From positions 2,368,001 to 2,432,000 of the forward strand of contig NZ_JAQNDL010000001.1 of the NCBI RefSeq assembly GCF_028368995.1: DNA of 64,000 nucleotides, given 5' to 3'. The DNA comes from Nannocystis bainbridge. GTDB taxonomy: Bacteria > Myxococcota_A > Polyangia > Nannocystales > Nannocystaceae. The notes beneath the pieces are model-generated. The model was not told the DNA's origin, searched no databases, and saw only the letters and a program-made list of their open reading frames with translations. The position numbers were made by a program, and so were the translations under genes. Positions 38,320 to 48,153 of this stretch are shown here, in pieces. How positions within the stretch are numbered: position 1 is the stretch's first letter; every line of letters starts with the position of its first letter.

Positions 38320-41300
38320 TTAGTGCGCCGGGGCGTGGTCGGCCTTGTGCTCGGCGGCAGCACCGTGGGGTGCGGCAGCAGCGGGCGCGGCGGCCGGCGC
38401 CGGAGCGGACGGAGCGAGCTCGGTGTTGGGGTTGCGGATCCGGCCGAGATAGGTGGTGCGCGGCCGCGTGTTGAGGTCGGAGAGGACGCCGTAGTGCCGG
38501 ATGTTGGCGCGGAGCTGCGAGACCCGAGTGGTCGGGTCGGCGACATCGCCGAACACGATGGCCTGCGAGGCACACGACTGCTCGCACGCCATGACGATGA
38601 CGCCGTCCTTGACGGTGTCCTCGCCCGCGGTGTGGGCCTGGATCTTGGCCTCTTGGATCCGCTGGACGCAGTACGAGCACTTCTCGATGACGCCGCGGAA
38701 GCGCACCGTGACGTCCGGGTTCTTCTGCATCCACAGCAACTTCTCGTCGTCGCTGTTGATCGGGTCGCGGTTGAAGTTGAAGAAGTTGAACCGCCGGACC
38801 TTGTACGGGCAGTTGTTGGCGCAGTACCGCGTGCCGATGCAGCGGTTGTACGCCATGTCGTTCAGGCCCTCGGGGCTGTGCGCGGTGGCGGCCACCGGGC
38901 ACACGTTCTCGCACGGGGCGGTCTCACAGTGCTGGCACAGCATCGGCTGGACGACCGCGGCCGGGTCCTCCTTGGCGCCGCTGTAGTAGCGGTCCAGGCG
39001 GATCCAGTGCATCTCGCGGCCGTTGGCGACCTGGGCCCGGCCGACGACCGGGATGTTGTTCTCGGCCTGACAGGCGACGACGCAGGCGCTGCAGCCGTTG
39101 CACTTGTTGAGGTCGATGACCATGCCCCACTGCTGCTTGCCGACCATCGCCGGCGCGCCGAAGTCGGGGTGGGTGTTGTGATCCCACAGCGAGACCAGCT
39201 TGTCGGCCGCCATGAGGTCGCCCTTGATGGCGAACTCGCGGCCGGTGGCCTTGAAGTGGTCGACGGTGGTCTCGCGCACGATCGGGCGCTCGGGGTAGCC
39301 GCGGCCCGGATTCAGCAGCTTGGGGTCGTGGTCGTCGCGCGTCGACGCGGTGTCGATCGCTGGCGACAGCGAGCCCCAGTCCTGCGTCGAGTAGATCTTG
39401 CGCTGACCGCCGGCCTTGCTGACGTCGCCGCCCTGGACGAACCAGAGGTTGGCGGCCGACTGCAGGGGGTAGACATCGATGCCCGAGCCGTTGGCGGCGA
39501 GGCCGATGTTCTCGCGGCCGTAGCCGAGCGCGAGCGAGACGGTGTCGTCGGCCTGGCCCGGGGCGATCCAGATCGGGATCTGGATCGAGCGGCCGCCGAC
39601 GCTGACGGTCACGAGGTCGCAGTTCTCGACGCCGAGCTTGCGCGCGGTGTCGATGCTGACGTAGGCCGCGTTGTCCCAGGTCAGCTTCGTCATCGGGTGC
39701 GGCAGCTCCTGCAGCCACCCGACGTTGGCGAACCGACCATCGGCGACCTTGGGGTCGATGTGGAAGTTGATCTCGAACTTGCTGGCGGTGAAGTCGGCCG
39801 CCTTGATCGCCTCGGCGACCTTGGCGTACTCGCGCGGGATCGGGTTCTGGCCCGAGCGCGGGACGCCGTGGACGACGCCGTCGTGCAGCCAGCGGCGCCA
39901 GACCTTGTCGGACCACATGGCGCCGAGGGCCTTCCGCCAGTAGCCCTGGACCAGGCTGTAGCCGTCGACCTGAGCGTCGCTGGCGATCCAGGACAGCAGC
40001 TCGAGCGCGCTCTTGCTCTGGTGGAGCGGAGCGATCAGCGGCTGGACGATCGAGATGGTGGCGTCGGCCGCCTCGAGGTCGCCCCACGCCTCGAAGTAGG
40101 TGGTCGCGGGCAGGTGCCACGCGGCCAGCTTGCCGGTCTCGTCGTTGTAGAGGCCGTGGTGGATGAGCGTGACGCCCTTGAGCTTGCCGGCCAGGTCGAG
40201 CTCGCCCGGGGTCTCGTAGACCGGGTTGCACTCGACGACCAGCACGGTGTCGATGCCGGCGCCGAGCGCCGCCGCGAGCGCGGTGACCGGCTCGGCCACC
40301 ACCGCGGTGTCGTCGTGGCGCAGGCGGACGCTGCTGCCGACGTTGCCGAGCATGACGTTGATGAGCAGGCCGAGCGCGTGGACCCACGCGGGCTGGCGCT
40401 CGCCGACGATCACGAGGCTGTGCGCGTCGCGGGCGTCCTTGGCCGCCAGCAGGTCCTTGGCCAGGACCTTGACGAACTGCTGCTCGGCGTCGGTGAGGGT
40501 GACGGCCGGCAGGCTGCCCAGCACCGCCTCGGCGCCGCTCGGCGCCTTGGTGCTGCCCTTGATCTCGTTCATCAGCGCGACGAGGACCGCGCCGACCTGG
40601 CTGGCGCGCATGCGCAGGCGGTGGTCGGCCTGGGCGCCGGTGATGCTGAAGTGCGGCTCGACGACGTAGAGCCGGTTCATGCTGGCGGCGTCGTCCTGCG
40701 AGTGGACGTCGCGGCCGGCGGCGAACTCCCGCTGGAGGCGGACGCTGTCTTGCTCGCCGCACAGGAAGTCGGAGTCGGCCGAGAAGATGACGCGCGTGCC
40801 GGCGGGGGTGACCTGGCCGCCCGCGCTGCCCTTGCCCTGGATGTGCGAGGTGAAGCGGGTGCCCGCGCCACACAGCATCTCGGCGCCGGCGTCGGCGTTC
40901 TGCGAGCCGACGACGTCGCCGTTGTAGAGCTTGGCCTTGGGGAAGTTGGTGGTGAAGGTCTTGACGGCCTCACGCAGCGACGGCGACAGCACCGTCGGCA
41001 GCACGACCGCGAGCCCCTGGCCGCCCTTGCCGCGCAGCGCCTTGAAGGTCGCGCCGAGCTCCTCGGTGGCGGTGTCCCAGTCGGTCGCCTCCTGCACGTC
41101 GCCGTTGCGCTTCAGCGGGGTCCGCGAGCGCGCCGGGTCGTACAGGACCATGACGCTGGCCTGGGCCCACGAGTCGGTCGCGCCGAGCGAGCCGCTGTGG
41201 CGCGGGTTACCCTCGACCTTGGTCGGGCGCCCGTCCTGCGACTCGACCAGCAGGCCCTGCACGGTGCCGCCGACCTGGTACGCGGTGGCGTAGAAGACCG

Positions 41301-41583
41301 CCTGGCCGGGGATGGTGTCCTCGGGCCGCTTGCTCAGCGGGACGATGTGCTCGACCGGCTTGCGCACGCACCCGGCCGAGACCAGCGCCGTCGAGGCGCC
41401 GACGAGGCCCATGAACTTGCGCCGCGCCAGCGAGGTCGCGGGCACGAAGCTGGTGCCGCCGCCGCTCTGCTGCGCGCTCGCGTCCTTGAGGCCCGGGAAC
41501 TCGTCGTGCTGCGGGGCCAGCGTGCCGTCGTGATCCGCGAGGCTGCGCCAGTATGCCTTGAGGTTGTCGGTGGACTTGGTCAT
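38320..41583 (-). CDS. actB: Alternative complex III subunit ActB (molybdopterin-oxidoreductase-like domain plus Fe-S domain)
   Basis: YWRSL leader, TAT motif RRKFM, GRPTKVEGNP; C-terminal CNGCSACVVAC, CQHCETAPCENVCP, CIGTRYCANNCP and KCSYC. Confidence 0.93.
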   Translation of the reverse strand: MTKSTDNLKAYWRSLADHDGTLAPQHDEFPGLKDASAQQSGGGTSFVPATSLARRKFMGLVGASTALVSAGCVRKPVEHIVPLSKRPEDTIPGQAVFYATAYQVGGTVQGLLVESQDGRPTKVEGNPRHSGSLGATDSWAQASVMVLYDPARSRTPLKRNGDVQEATDWDTATEELGATFKALRGKGGQGLAVVLPTVLSPSLREAVKTFTTNFPKAKLYNGDVVGSQNADAGAEMLCGAGTRFTSHIQGKGSAGGQVTPAGTRVIFSADSDFLCGEQDSVRLQREFAAGRDVHSQDDAASMNRLYVVEPHFSITGAQADHRLRMRASQVGAVLVALMNEIKGSTKAPSGAEAVLGSLPAVTLTDAEQQFVKVLAKDLLAAKDARDAHSLVIVGERQPAWVHALGLLINVMLGNVGSSVRLRHDDTAVVAEPVTALAAALGAGIDTVLVVECNPVYETPGELDLAGKLKGVTLIHHGLYNDETGKLAAWHLPATTYFEAWGDLEAADATISIVQPLIAPLHQSKSALELLSWIASDAQVDGYSLVQGYWRKALGAMWSDKVWRRWLHDGVVHGVPRSGQNPIPREYAKVAEAIKAADFTASKFEINFHIDPKVADGRFANVGWLQELPHPMTKLTWDNAAYVSIDTARKLGVENCDLVTVSVGGRSIQIPIWIAPGQADDTVSLALGYGRENIGLAANGSGIDVYPLQSAANLWFVQGGDVSKAGGQRKIYSTQDWGSLSPAIDTASTRDDHDPKLLNPGRGYPERPIVRETTVDHFKATGREFAIKGDLMAADKLVSLWDHNTHPDFGAPAMVGKQQWGMVIDLNKCNGCSACVVACQAENNIPVVGRAQVANGREMHWIRLDRYYSGAKEDPAAVVQPMLCQHCETAPCENVCPVAATAHSPEGLNDMAYNRCIGTRYCANNCPYKVRRFNFFNFNRDPINSDDEKLLWMQKNPDVTVRFRGVIEKCSYCVQRIQEAKIQAHTAGEDTVKDGVIVMACEQSCASQAIVFGDVADPTTRVSQLRANIRHYGVLSDLNTRPRTTYLGRIRNPNTELAPSAPAPAAAPAAAAPHGAAAEHKADHAPAH

Positions 41584-41607
41584 GCGAAAAACCTGTCTGG
41601 CGGCGGG

Positions 41608-42261
41608 TTAGCGGTGGCACCCCGAGCAATGCTCCGGCGGGTTGACGTCGCGCTTGCGCTTCGGATCCTTGGCGGCGTCGTACGCCTTGCCGTCCGTGGC
41701 GGGGTCCCACGCCATGTTGGTGATCTGATCGACGGGCCGGAGGTTCGGCTCCGGGTTGCGGTGACACTCGAGGCACCAACCCATCGACAGCGGCTGGTCC
41801 ATCTCGACGATCGTCATCTGATCGATGCGACCGTGGCAGGACGAGCAGCCGACGCCCGCCGCGAGGTGCGGGCGGTGATCGAAGAACGCGAAGTCCGGCA
41901 GCTGGTGGACGCGCACCCACGGGATGGTCTCGCCCGTCTCGAAGCTGTCGCGCACGAGCTTGAGCCGCGGGCTGTCGGTCTTGACCAGCGAGTGGCAGTT
42001 CATGCAGGTCGCCGCCGGGGGCACGGCCGCGACGGCGGCGCGCTCGACCGTGTTGTGGCAGTAGCGACAGTCCATGCCCATGTCACCCGCGTGCAGCTTG
42101 TGGCTGAACGGCACCGGCTGGATCGGGCGGTAGCCGACGTCCGTGTACTTCGGCGAGAAGTAGTACCAGACGAAGCCGACGAGGCCGGCGAGCGCGAAGG
42201 GGCCGAGCACAGCGACGGCGAGCGGGATGTTGTTGGTCCAGCGGGGAAAGATGGCCGGCAC
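41608..42261 (-). CDS. actA: Alternative complex III pentaheme cytochrome ActA
   Basis: N-terminal TM and five CxxCH motifs (CRYCH, CMNCH, CSSCH, CLECH, CSGCH). Confidence 0.93.
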   Translation of the reverse strand: MPAIFPRWTNNIPLAVAVLGPFALAGLVGFVWYYFSPKYTDVGYRPIQPVPFSHKLHAGDMGMDCRYCHNTVERAAVAAVPPAATCMNCHSLVKTDSPRLKLVRDSFETGETIPWVRVHQLPDFAFFDHRPHLAAGVGCSSCHGRIDQMTIVEMDQPLSMGWCLECHRNPEPNLRPVDQITNMAWDPATDGKAYDAAKDPKRKRDVNPPEHCSGCHR

Positions 42262-42388
42262 TTCAGTTCACCCTCTTCTTAAAAGGTCCAGGGAGGCCGC
42301 AGGGACCCCCCGTGCTGGGACGTGTTCGTGGCGCGACATGAAAGCAGCGAGAAACGACCAGGACCCTTGTTTCGCGGCGCACCCTAAC

Positions 42389-42405
42389 AGCACCGCGGGC
42401 GCCAG
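42389..42405 (-). promoter_or_regulatory. Candidate sigma-54 promoter for the act-cta operon
   Basis: Minus strand CTGGCGCCCGCGGTGCT = GG-N10-GC, ~130 nt upstream of actA. A chance match is possible at this GC content. Confidence 0.35.
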
Positions 42406-42708
42406 TGCAACAGTCGTGAGCGGGCCCGAGGTCGAATGCGCCGGCAAGTTTCGCGGCATTTCGTATGGATTGTGAATGACGGGCTCGGCGCCGCCGACCG
42501 GTGCGACCGCGGGTCTCAGTCCGGGCGGTCGAGCGCGGCGCTGCGGCGCGTACAGGTGTTCGCAAATCGCAGATCCGAGGCGCGGCCCGGGCGACATGTG
42601 CGGAGGCACAAGAGACCCGAAGTGCGATCTCTCGAAGGCCGCTGAGGCGGCTTTTCGGCTCGCCGTATGCGTCTGCGTCGCGAGACCGGGACAGCGGCGA
42701 TTCGTCGC

Positions 42709-43191
42709 TCACGGCGCCGTCGCTGCGGGCGCGCTGGCCTGCTCGCGCCAACGCGGAGAGAAGGTTTTGATGTAACTCACCACTGCGCGCACGTCGTCGT
42801 CGCGCAGACCACCCCACGCAGGCATGCCCTTGTCGACCTTGCCGCGCTTGATGGTATTGGCGAGGTCGCCATCGGTCGGCAGTTCGTCGCCCGGTGTCGA
42901 CTTATAAAGGAAGTGCGCCGCCCGAAAGTCCCGTGCTTCGAGGTTGCGCGCCGCCGGGCCGTTGCCGCCGCCGTCGTAGCCGTGACACGAGGCGCAGTAG
43001 CGGTTGAAGAGCTTCTGCCCGTGATTGAGGGTTTCGGCCGGGATGTCGACGCCGCCCAGCCGCTGCGCCTCGGCAAACGGCGGAGGCCCCGCTTCGCAGG
43101 CCAGCAGCAGGCAGGACGCGACGAAGAGGAATCGCCGGACCGGCAATCCAGCGACCACAATCGCCGTGTTGAATTTGATGTTCAATGTCAT
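42709..43191 (-). CDS. Monoheme c-type cytochrome, probable lipoprotein
   Basis: LLAC, CASCH and GMPAW. Exact start uncertain. Confidence 0.85.
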   Translation of the reverse strand: MTLNIKFNTAIVVAGLPVRRFLFVASCLLLACEAGPPPFAEAQRLGGVDIPAETLNHGQKLFNRYCASCHGYDGGGNGPAARNLEARDFRAAHFLYKSTPGDELPTDGDLANTIKRGKVDKGMPAWGGLRDDDVRAVVSYIKTFSPRWREQASAPAATAP

Positions 43192-43210
43192 GAGTCGGAA
43201 TTGAACACCG

Positions 43211-43921
43211 TCACGGAGACCGGTTGCAGCCCCCGGACCGCTGGCGCATCTCCCGGAGGACGTGCTGCGAGCGATGGAACACCTCGTCGAGGCCCAGCTC
43301 GTCGTCGCTGCTGTAGTAGCCGCGGATGTTGCCGTCGCCGTCGATGAGCACGAGCTTGGTGGTGTGCGCGATGTCGATCATGCCCGACGGCCCCGTCCGC
43401 TTGTCCATCGCGGTGGCGAACCCGCCGACGACGAGCTTCTCCATGGCCTCGTAGGGCCCGGTGACGAAGCGCCAGCGGCTCTCGTCGGCGCCGAGGTGGC
43501 CGGCGTAGGTCTTGAGCACCGCCGGCGTGTCGGTCTCGGGGTCGACCGAGAAGCTGATCAGCTTGACGGCGTCGATGCCGTGCTGGACGTAGCGCTCCTG
43601 CAGGCCCAGCATGGCCCGCGAGATCTTCGGGCACGTGCTCGGGCACGAGGTGAAGATCAGGCCGGCCACCCACACCTGCCCGCGCATCGACTCGGGCGTG
43701 AACGGCTGGCCGTCCTGGTCGACCAGCTCGAACGCCGGCAGCTGCGACAGCACCGGCGGCGGCTCGGGCACGTGGCGGGTGCACGGGCGCATGGCGGTGA
43801 CCAGCACGAAGCCGGCCACGGTGGCGAAGTGCCACGGGTACTGCATGAACTTGCGGCGCAGCCAGCCGCCCTCGACCATGCCAGGCAGCTCGGGCTCGCG
43901 GGGCTCGGGGCCGTCGCTCAT
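43211..43921 (-). CDS. Second SCO-family protein
   Basis: ATG 43921 overlaps the ctaB stop; FTSCPSTCP, SVDPETDTP and IAHT. Confidence 0.9.
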   Translation of the reverse strand: MSDGPEPREPELPGMVEGGWLRRKFMQYPWHFATVAGFVLVTAMRPCTRHVPEPPPVLSQLPAFELVDQDGQPFTPESMRGQVWVAGLIFTSCPSTCPKISRAMLGLQERYVQHGIDAVKLISFSVDPETDTPAVLKTYAGHLGADESRWRFVTGPYEAMEKLVVGGFATAMDKRTGPSGMIDIAHTTKLVLIDGDGNIRGYYSSDDELGLDEVFHRSQHVLREMRQRSGGCNRSP

Positions 43922-44904
43922 CGCAGCACCACGTCGAGCACGAGGCCCACGATCAGCGCCGGCAGGTAGATCAGCGAGGCGAAGAAGAACTGCCGCGCCC
44001 ACCGCATCTCGCTGGCGCGGTCGCCGAAGGCGCGCAGGCCGGTGCAGGCCCAGCCGAGGAAGCCGAGGCTGAGCAGCAGGGCGAGCGCGCAGTAGAGCGG
44101 ACCGGTGAGGCCGATCACGCTCGGCAGGATCGAGATCGGCAGCAGCAGCATCGACCACAAGAACGCCTGCACGCGCGCGGCCGACTCGCCGCGGACCACG
44201 GACACGCAGCGGATGCCGGCGCGCGCGTACTCCTGGCGGCGGAACAGCATGATCGCCAGGAAGTGCGGCATCTGCCACACCAGCAGGATCAGGAACAGGG
44301 CGATGCCGCCGAGGTCGAGCCGGCCGGTCACCGCGGTCCAGCCGAGCAGCGGCGGCGCGGCCCCCGGGAACGCGCCGATCAGCAGCGCCAGCGGCGTGCG
44401 GTACTTGAGCGGGGTGTACACCAGCACGTAGCCGACGGTGGCCCACAGCGTGAGCAGCAGGGTCAGCGGGTTGGTGAACAGCGACAGGGTCGCGACCGAG
44501 GCCAGCAGCAGCGCGGCGGCGAAGCCGAGGCCGGTCGCGGAGGACATGCGGCGGGCGGCCAGCGGGCGGTCCTTGGTGCGGGCCATCAGCGGGTCCCTCG
44601 CCCGCTCGAGCCACATGTTGAAGGCGCTGGCGGCCGCGACCGCGAGGCTGGCCCCGACCACGCCGGCGAACCCGGCGGCGAAGCCCGGCGAGCACCAGCC
44701 GTCGGCCACGGTCTCGGCCGGGAACGGCGCGTCGTCCGACTGCAGCGCCAGCCAGGCGGCGCCGGCGGCCGTCATGGCGCACATGCGGGTGACGCCGGGC
44801 TTGGTCAGCTCCCACAGGTCGCGGCCCGGGGTGTGGCGCTTGCGCTTCGGCGCGGGGATGTCCGAAGGGACATGTTCCGAAGGACTGGCGGTGTCGTGGC
44901 TCAC
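43918..44904 (-). CDS. ctaB: Protoheme IX farnesyltransferase (heme O synthase)
   Basis: LTKP, N...ERARDPLMARTKDRPL, YTPLK and WQMPHF; GTG 44904. Confidence 0.93.
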   Translation of the reverse strand: MSHDTASPSEHVPSDIPAPKRKRHTPGRDLWELTKPGVTRMCAMTAAGAAWLALQSDDAPFPAETVADGWCSPGFAAGFAGVVGASLAVAAASAFNMWLERARDPLMARTKDRPLAARRMSSATGLGFAAALLLASVATLSLFTNPLTLLLTLWATVGYVLVYTPLKYRTPLALLIGAFPGAAPPLLGWTAVTGRLDLGGIALFLILLVWQMPHFLAIMLFRRQEYARAGIRCVSVVRGESAARVQAFLWSMLLLPISILPSVIGLTGPLYCALALLLSLGFLGWACTGLRAFGDRASEMRWARQFFFASLIYLPALIVGLVLDVVLR

Positions 44905-45389
44905 AGTTGCACCGCCTTGCCCTCGTTGCGGCAGAAGCTGTCGAACGCGCGGTAGGCGTCGGCGCAGGCGCAGTCCTTGGTCCGCTTGCACTGGGTGCCG
45001 CGCTCCTTGCAGGTGAGGAACACCCACTTGCCGTCCATGCTCTCGCTGGCGGGCAGCTTGGCGCAGCCCTCCTTGCGGTCCTGGCTCTTGAGACAGTGGA
45101 AGATGGCCTGCTTGACGCCGTGGTTGCACATCACCGCGGTCGCGTCGCACTGCTTGTGCCAGGCGATGACGGCGTCGATGCAGCCCTCGGCGTCGAGCGA
45201 CTTGCCCTTCTCTTCCATCACCGGGAACACCGCCTGGACCACGCGCTCGCCGTGCACGTAGGCCCGGTGCATCTGCCAGGTCATCAGGCCGCCGAGCGCG
45301 AAGATGCCGATCATCACGGTGCGCAGGCTGAGGCCTCGCGACTGCGTCTCCGGCCGCGGAGGACCGGCAGAAGGGTCAGGGCTTGTCAC
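44901..45389 (-). CDS. Membrane-anchored Cys-rich hypothetical protein
   Basis: One TM followed by a ~95-aa domain with 10 Cys; stop overlaps the ctaB start (GTGA). Start uncertain. Confidence 0.65.
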   Translation of the reverse strand: MTSPDPSAGPPRPETQSRGLSLRTVMIGIFALGGLMTWQMHRAYVHGERVVQAVFPVMEEKGKSLDAEGCIDAVIAWHKQCDATAVMCNHGVKQAIFHCLKSQDRKEGCAKLPASESMDGKWVFLTCKERGTQCKRTKDCACADAYRAFDSFCRNEGKAVQL

Positions 45390-45516
45390 GGGCGCGACGC
45401 TAGCCGCCGAGGCCGGGGCGGTCAACGGCGCGGCGACCGGCGGTCGCACCCTCCGGGCACGCCGTCCGGCGCCCGTGTGGATCCTCCTATGTCCCCGTGC
45501 TATGCGGCGTGGCGCG

Positions 45517-46446
45517 ATGCTCGGACATTTCTGGACGATCGGGCCCAACCTGCGACACCGCCTGCTGCCCCACGCGGCGCCGGCGGCGACGCCGTGGTCC
45601 ACGACCTTGCAGGACCGTCGGGTCGGCGAGGTGCGCCTCACCGGGGCGCTCGCCCGCCTGCCCGGCGCGCAGGAGCTGGTGGTCCTGGTCCACGGGCTCG
45701 GCGGGGCGATCGACAGTTCGTACGTCATCAAGGCGGCGCGGGCGGCCGCGGCGGTCGGGCTCGACAGCCTGCGCCTGTCGCTCCGCGGCGCCGACCGCAG
45801 CGGCGAGGACTTCTATCACGCGGGCCTCGTCGACGACCTCACCGCGGCGCTGCAGAGCCCTGCGCTCGCCGACTACGCCCGCGTGTACGTGATCGGCTTC
45901 TCGCTCGGCGGACACATGACCTTGCGCTGGGCGATGACACCGAGCGACCCGCGCGTGCGGGCGGTCGCCAGCGTGTGCGCCCCGCTCGACCTGGCGGCCG
46001 GCTGCGCCGCGATCGACCACCCACGCGCCGCCCTGTACCGCGGCCACGTGCTGGCCGGCCTGCGCGAGATCTACGCCGCCGTCGCCGCCCGCAGGCCGGT
46101 GCCGACGCCGCTGCCGCTGATCCACACGATAAAGACCATCCGCGCGTGGGACCGCCTCGCGGTCGTGCCGCGCCACGGCTTCTGCAGCGTCGACGACTAC
46201 TACGCCAGCGAGAGCGCCGGCCCGCGGCTGCGCGCCCTCGCGCTGCCCACCCTCATCGTCGCCGCGCACGGCGACCCGATGATCCCCGCGGCCACGGTCG
46301 CGCCCCACCTCCACGACCTCCCCGAGCACGTCAGCGCGCGGTGGGTCCCCGGCGGCCACGTCGGCTTCCGCGCCGGCCTCGATCTCGGCATGGGCGACGC
46401 GCCGGGCCTGGAGCCGCAAGTCCTGGCCTGGTTGCGCCGCCAGTGA
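45517..46446 (+). CDS. Alpha/beta hydrolase (YheT-like)
   Basis: Motifs VHGLGG, FYHAG, GFSLGG, DPMIP and GGHVGF. Confidence 0.88.
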   Translation: MLGHFWTIGPNLRHRLLPHAAPAATPWSTTLQDRRVGEVRLTGALARLPGAQELVVLVHGLGGAIDSSYVIKAARAAAAVGLDSLRLSLRGADRSGEDFYHAGLVDDLTAALQSPALADYARVYVIGFSLGGHMTLRWAMTPSDPRVRAVASVCAPLDLAAGCAAIDHPRAALYRGHVLAGLREIYAAVAARRPVPTPLPLIHTIKTIRAWDRLAVVPRHGFCSVDDYYASESAGPRLRALALPTLIVAAHGDPMIPAATVAPHLHDLPEHVSARWVPGGHVGFRAGLDLGMGDAPGLEPQVLAWLRRQ

Positions 46447-46452
46447 GCGACT

Positions 46453-48153
46453 ATGCTGCGGGCCGCCGTGCCGCCCGCCCCGCCGCATCCTGGCCCGTCT
46501 GGAGCCCGATCCGCCGGGGCAGCGGGGCCGCTCGAAGCCGCTTCGAACATGCCCCTCGGGACAGGTCCTGAGGGCCAGGCAGGACCGTCCGGGGCGACTT
46601 CCTCACCCATGTCCCTCGGGACAGGTCCCGGAGGACAGGCCGGTCCGCCCGCGAACATGTCCCTCAGAGCAGGTCCTCGAGGACAGGCCGGTTCGGCCTC
46701 GTCTTCCAACCTGTCTTTCAGGGCAGGTCCAAGAGAGTCGAGGCTCGCCCCTTCCGCCTCGGCCTCCAACATGTCTCTCGGGGCAGGTTCCAGCGCTCGC
46801 GCCCCGCGCCCGCCCGACCTGCTCGCCCCGCACCTGCCGCGCGAGACCGAGCCCGCGGGGCCGCCCGACCTGCTCGCCCCGCACCTGCCGCCGGTGACCC
46901 GCCAGCTGAGCCTGCGCCCGCCCGACCTGCTGCCGCCGGGCGCCGGTCCCGGGCCCGTGCCGCCGGCCGCCCCGCTGTCGGCGCAGTGCCCGGCCTGCAG
47001 CCTGCACGCGCTGGTCGCGGTCCACCTGCGCCGGGCCGCGGGCGGGCGCTGGCGGCAGCTCGGCGCCCGCGAGCGACCTGTCCCCGAGGACCTGACCCTC
47101 GATACATGTCCGGTGTGCTTCGGGGTGTGGCTCGACCACGGCGAGCTCGACCAGCTCGGCGACGCCGAGGTCGACCCTGCCTTCCTCAAGACCGTGGTCG
47201 GTCGCTCGGCCGGCCGCATGTGCCCGCGCGGCCACGGCTTCATGAACGAGCACCTGCTCCCGGGCATGCTCCGGACCCCCGTCGACCGCTGCCCGCGCTG
47301 CCGCGGGATCTGGCTCGACGGCGACGAGCGCCACGCCCTCGCCCGCTCGACCACCCCGTCCGGCCAGGAGGACCCCAAGGTCCTGCTGGCCAAGCGCGGC
47401 GTCCAGTGGGCCGCCCAGGTCCTGACCCAGCTGCCGATCGAGGTCGACAACCCGCGGCGAGGGATCCCCTGGGTCGTGCTCGGCCTCGGCGCCCTGCTGC
47501 TCGGCTGCTACGTCGCCTCGGTGCTCGGCCTCGTCTACGCCCGCGAGTACGCGCTGGTGGCCGGCAAGGTGCTCGCCGAGCCGGCGCGCATCTACACCGT
47601 CCTCACGCACACGCTGTTCCACGCCGACTGGTTCCACCTGCTGTTCAACCTCTACTTCCTGTACGTGTTCGGCAGGAACGTCGAGCACGTGTTCGGCCGC
47701 CGGCGCTTCCTCATCCTGTACTTCGGGGCAGGTGTGTTCGGCGGGCTGCTGCAGCTGGTCCTGACCCGCGCCACCGGCACGCCGGTGATCGGCGCCTCGG
47801 GGGCGATCGCCGGGGTGTGCGGCGCCTACCTGGTGACCTTCCCGCGCGCGCGGCTGCTGCATACGCTGCCGCTCGTGTACGTGCCGCTGAAGATCCCGGC
47901 GTGGATCTACCTCGGGGCGTGGATCGGCTTCCAGGCGGCGATGGCGGCCCTGTCCGACGCGCAGGAGTTCGCGTGGTCCTCCCACCTCGGCGGCTTCGCG
48001 CTCGGGGCCGCGCTCGCGCTGCCGGTGCTGCGCAGCGTCCGGCGCGAGGTCGGCGAGGCGGTGCGGGTCAAGTCGGCGGCGGCGATCTTCGGCAAGGTGC
48101 CGCGCCGGCGCGGGCCGCCGATCGTGGTCCAGCCGGTCCGGAGGTCGCCGTGA
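46453..48153 (+). CDS. Rhomboid intramembrane serine protease with N-terminal TFIIB-type zinc-finger domains
   Basis: CPAC...LDTCPVCFGVWLDHGEL and CPRGH...VDRCPRCRGIWLDGDE; rhomboid HADWFHLLFN, GASG and SHLGG. Start uncertain because the N-terminus is low-complexity. Confidence 0.85.
   Translation: MLRAAVPPAPPHPGPSGARSAGAAGPLEAASNMPLGTGPEGQAGPSGATSSPMSLGTGPGGQAGPPANMSLRAGPRGQAGSASSSNLSFRAGPRESRLAPSASASNMSLGAGSSARAPRPPDLLAPHLPRETEPAGPPDLLAPHLPPVTRQLSLRPPDLLPPGAGPGPVPPAAPLSAQCPACSLHALVAVHLRRAAGGRWRQLGARERPVPEDLTLDTCPVCFGVWLDHGELDQLGDAEVDPAFLKTVVGRSAGRMCPRGHGFMNEHLLPGMLRTPVDRCPRCRGIWLDGDERHALARSTTPSGQEDPKVLLAKRGVQWAAQVLTQLPIEVDNPRRGIPWVVLGLGALLLGCYVASVLGLVYAREYALVAGKVLAEPARIYTVLTHTLFHADWFHLLFNLYFLYVFGRNVEHVFGRRRFLILYFGAGVFGGLLQLVLTRATGTPVIGASGAIAGVCGAYLVTFPRARLLHTLPLVYVPLKIPAWIYLGAWIGFQAAMAALSDAQEFAWSSHLGGFALGAALALPVLRSVRREVGEAVRVKSAAAIFGKVPRRRGPPIVVQPVRRSP
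46545..46790. repeat. Five degenerate blocks of the 14-bp-period motif
   Basis: Cores at 46548/46562/46576, 46608/46622/46636, 46656/46670/46684, 46710/46724 and 46770/46784. Confidence 0.8.
46810..46932 (+). repeat. 30-bp direct repeat (two full copies plus a partial third) encoding PPDLLAPHLP
   Basis: CCGCCCGACCTGCTCGCCCCGCACCTGCCG at 46810 and 46861, partial copy at 46918. Confidence 0.8.
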
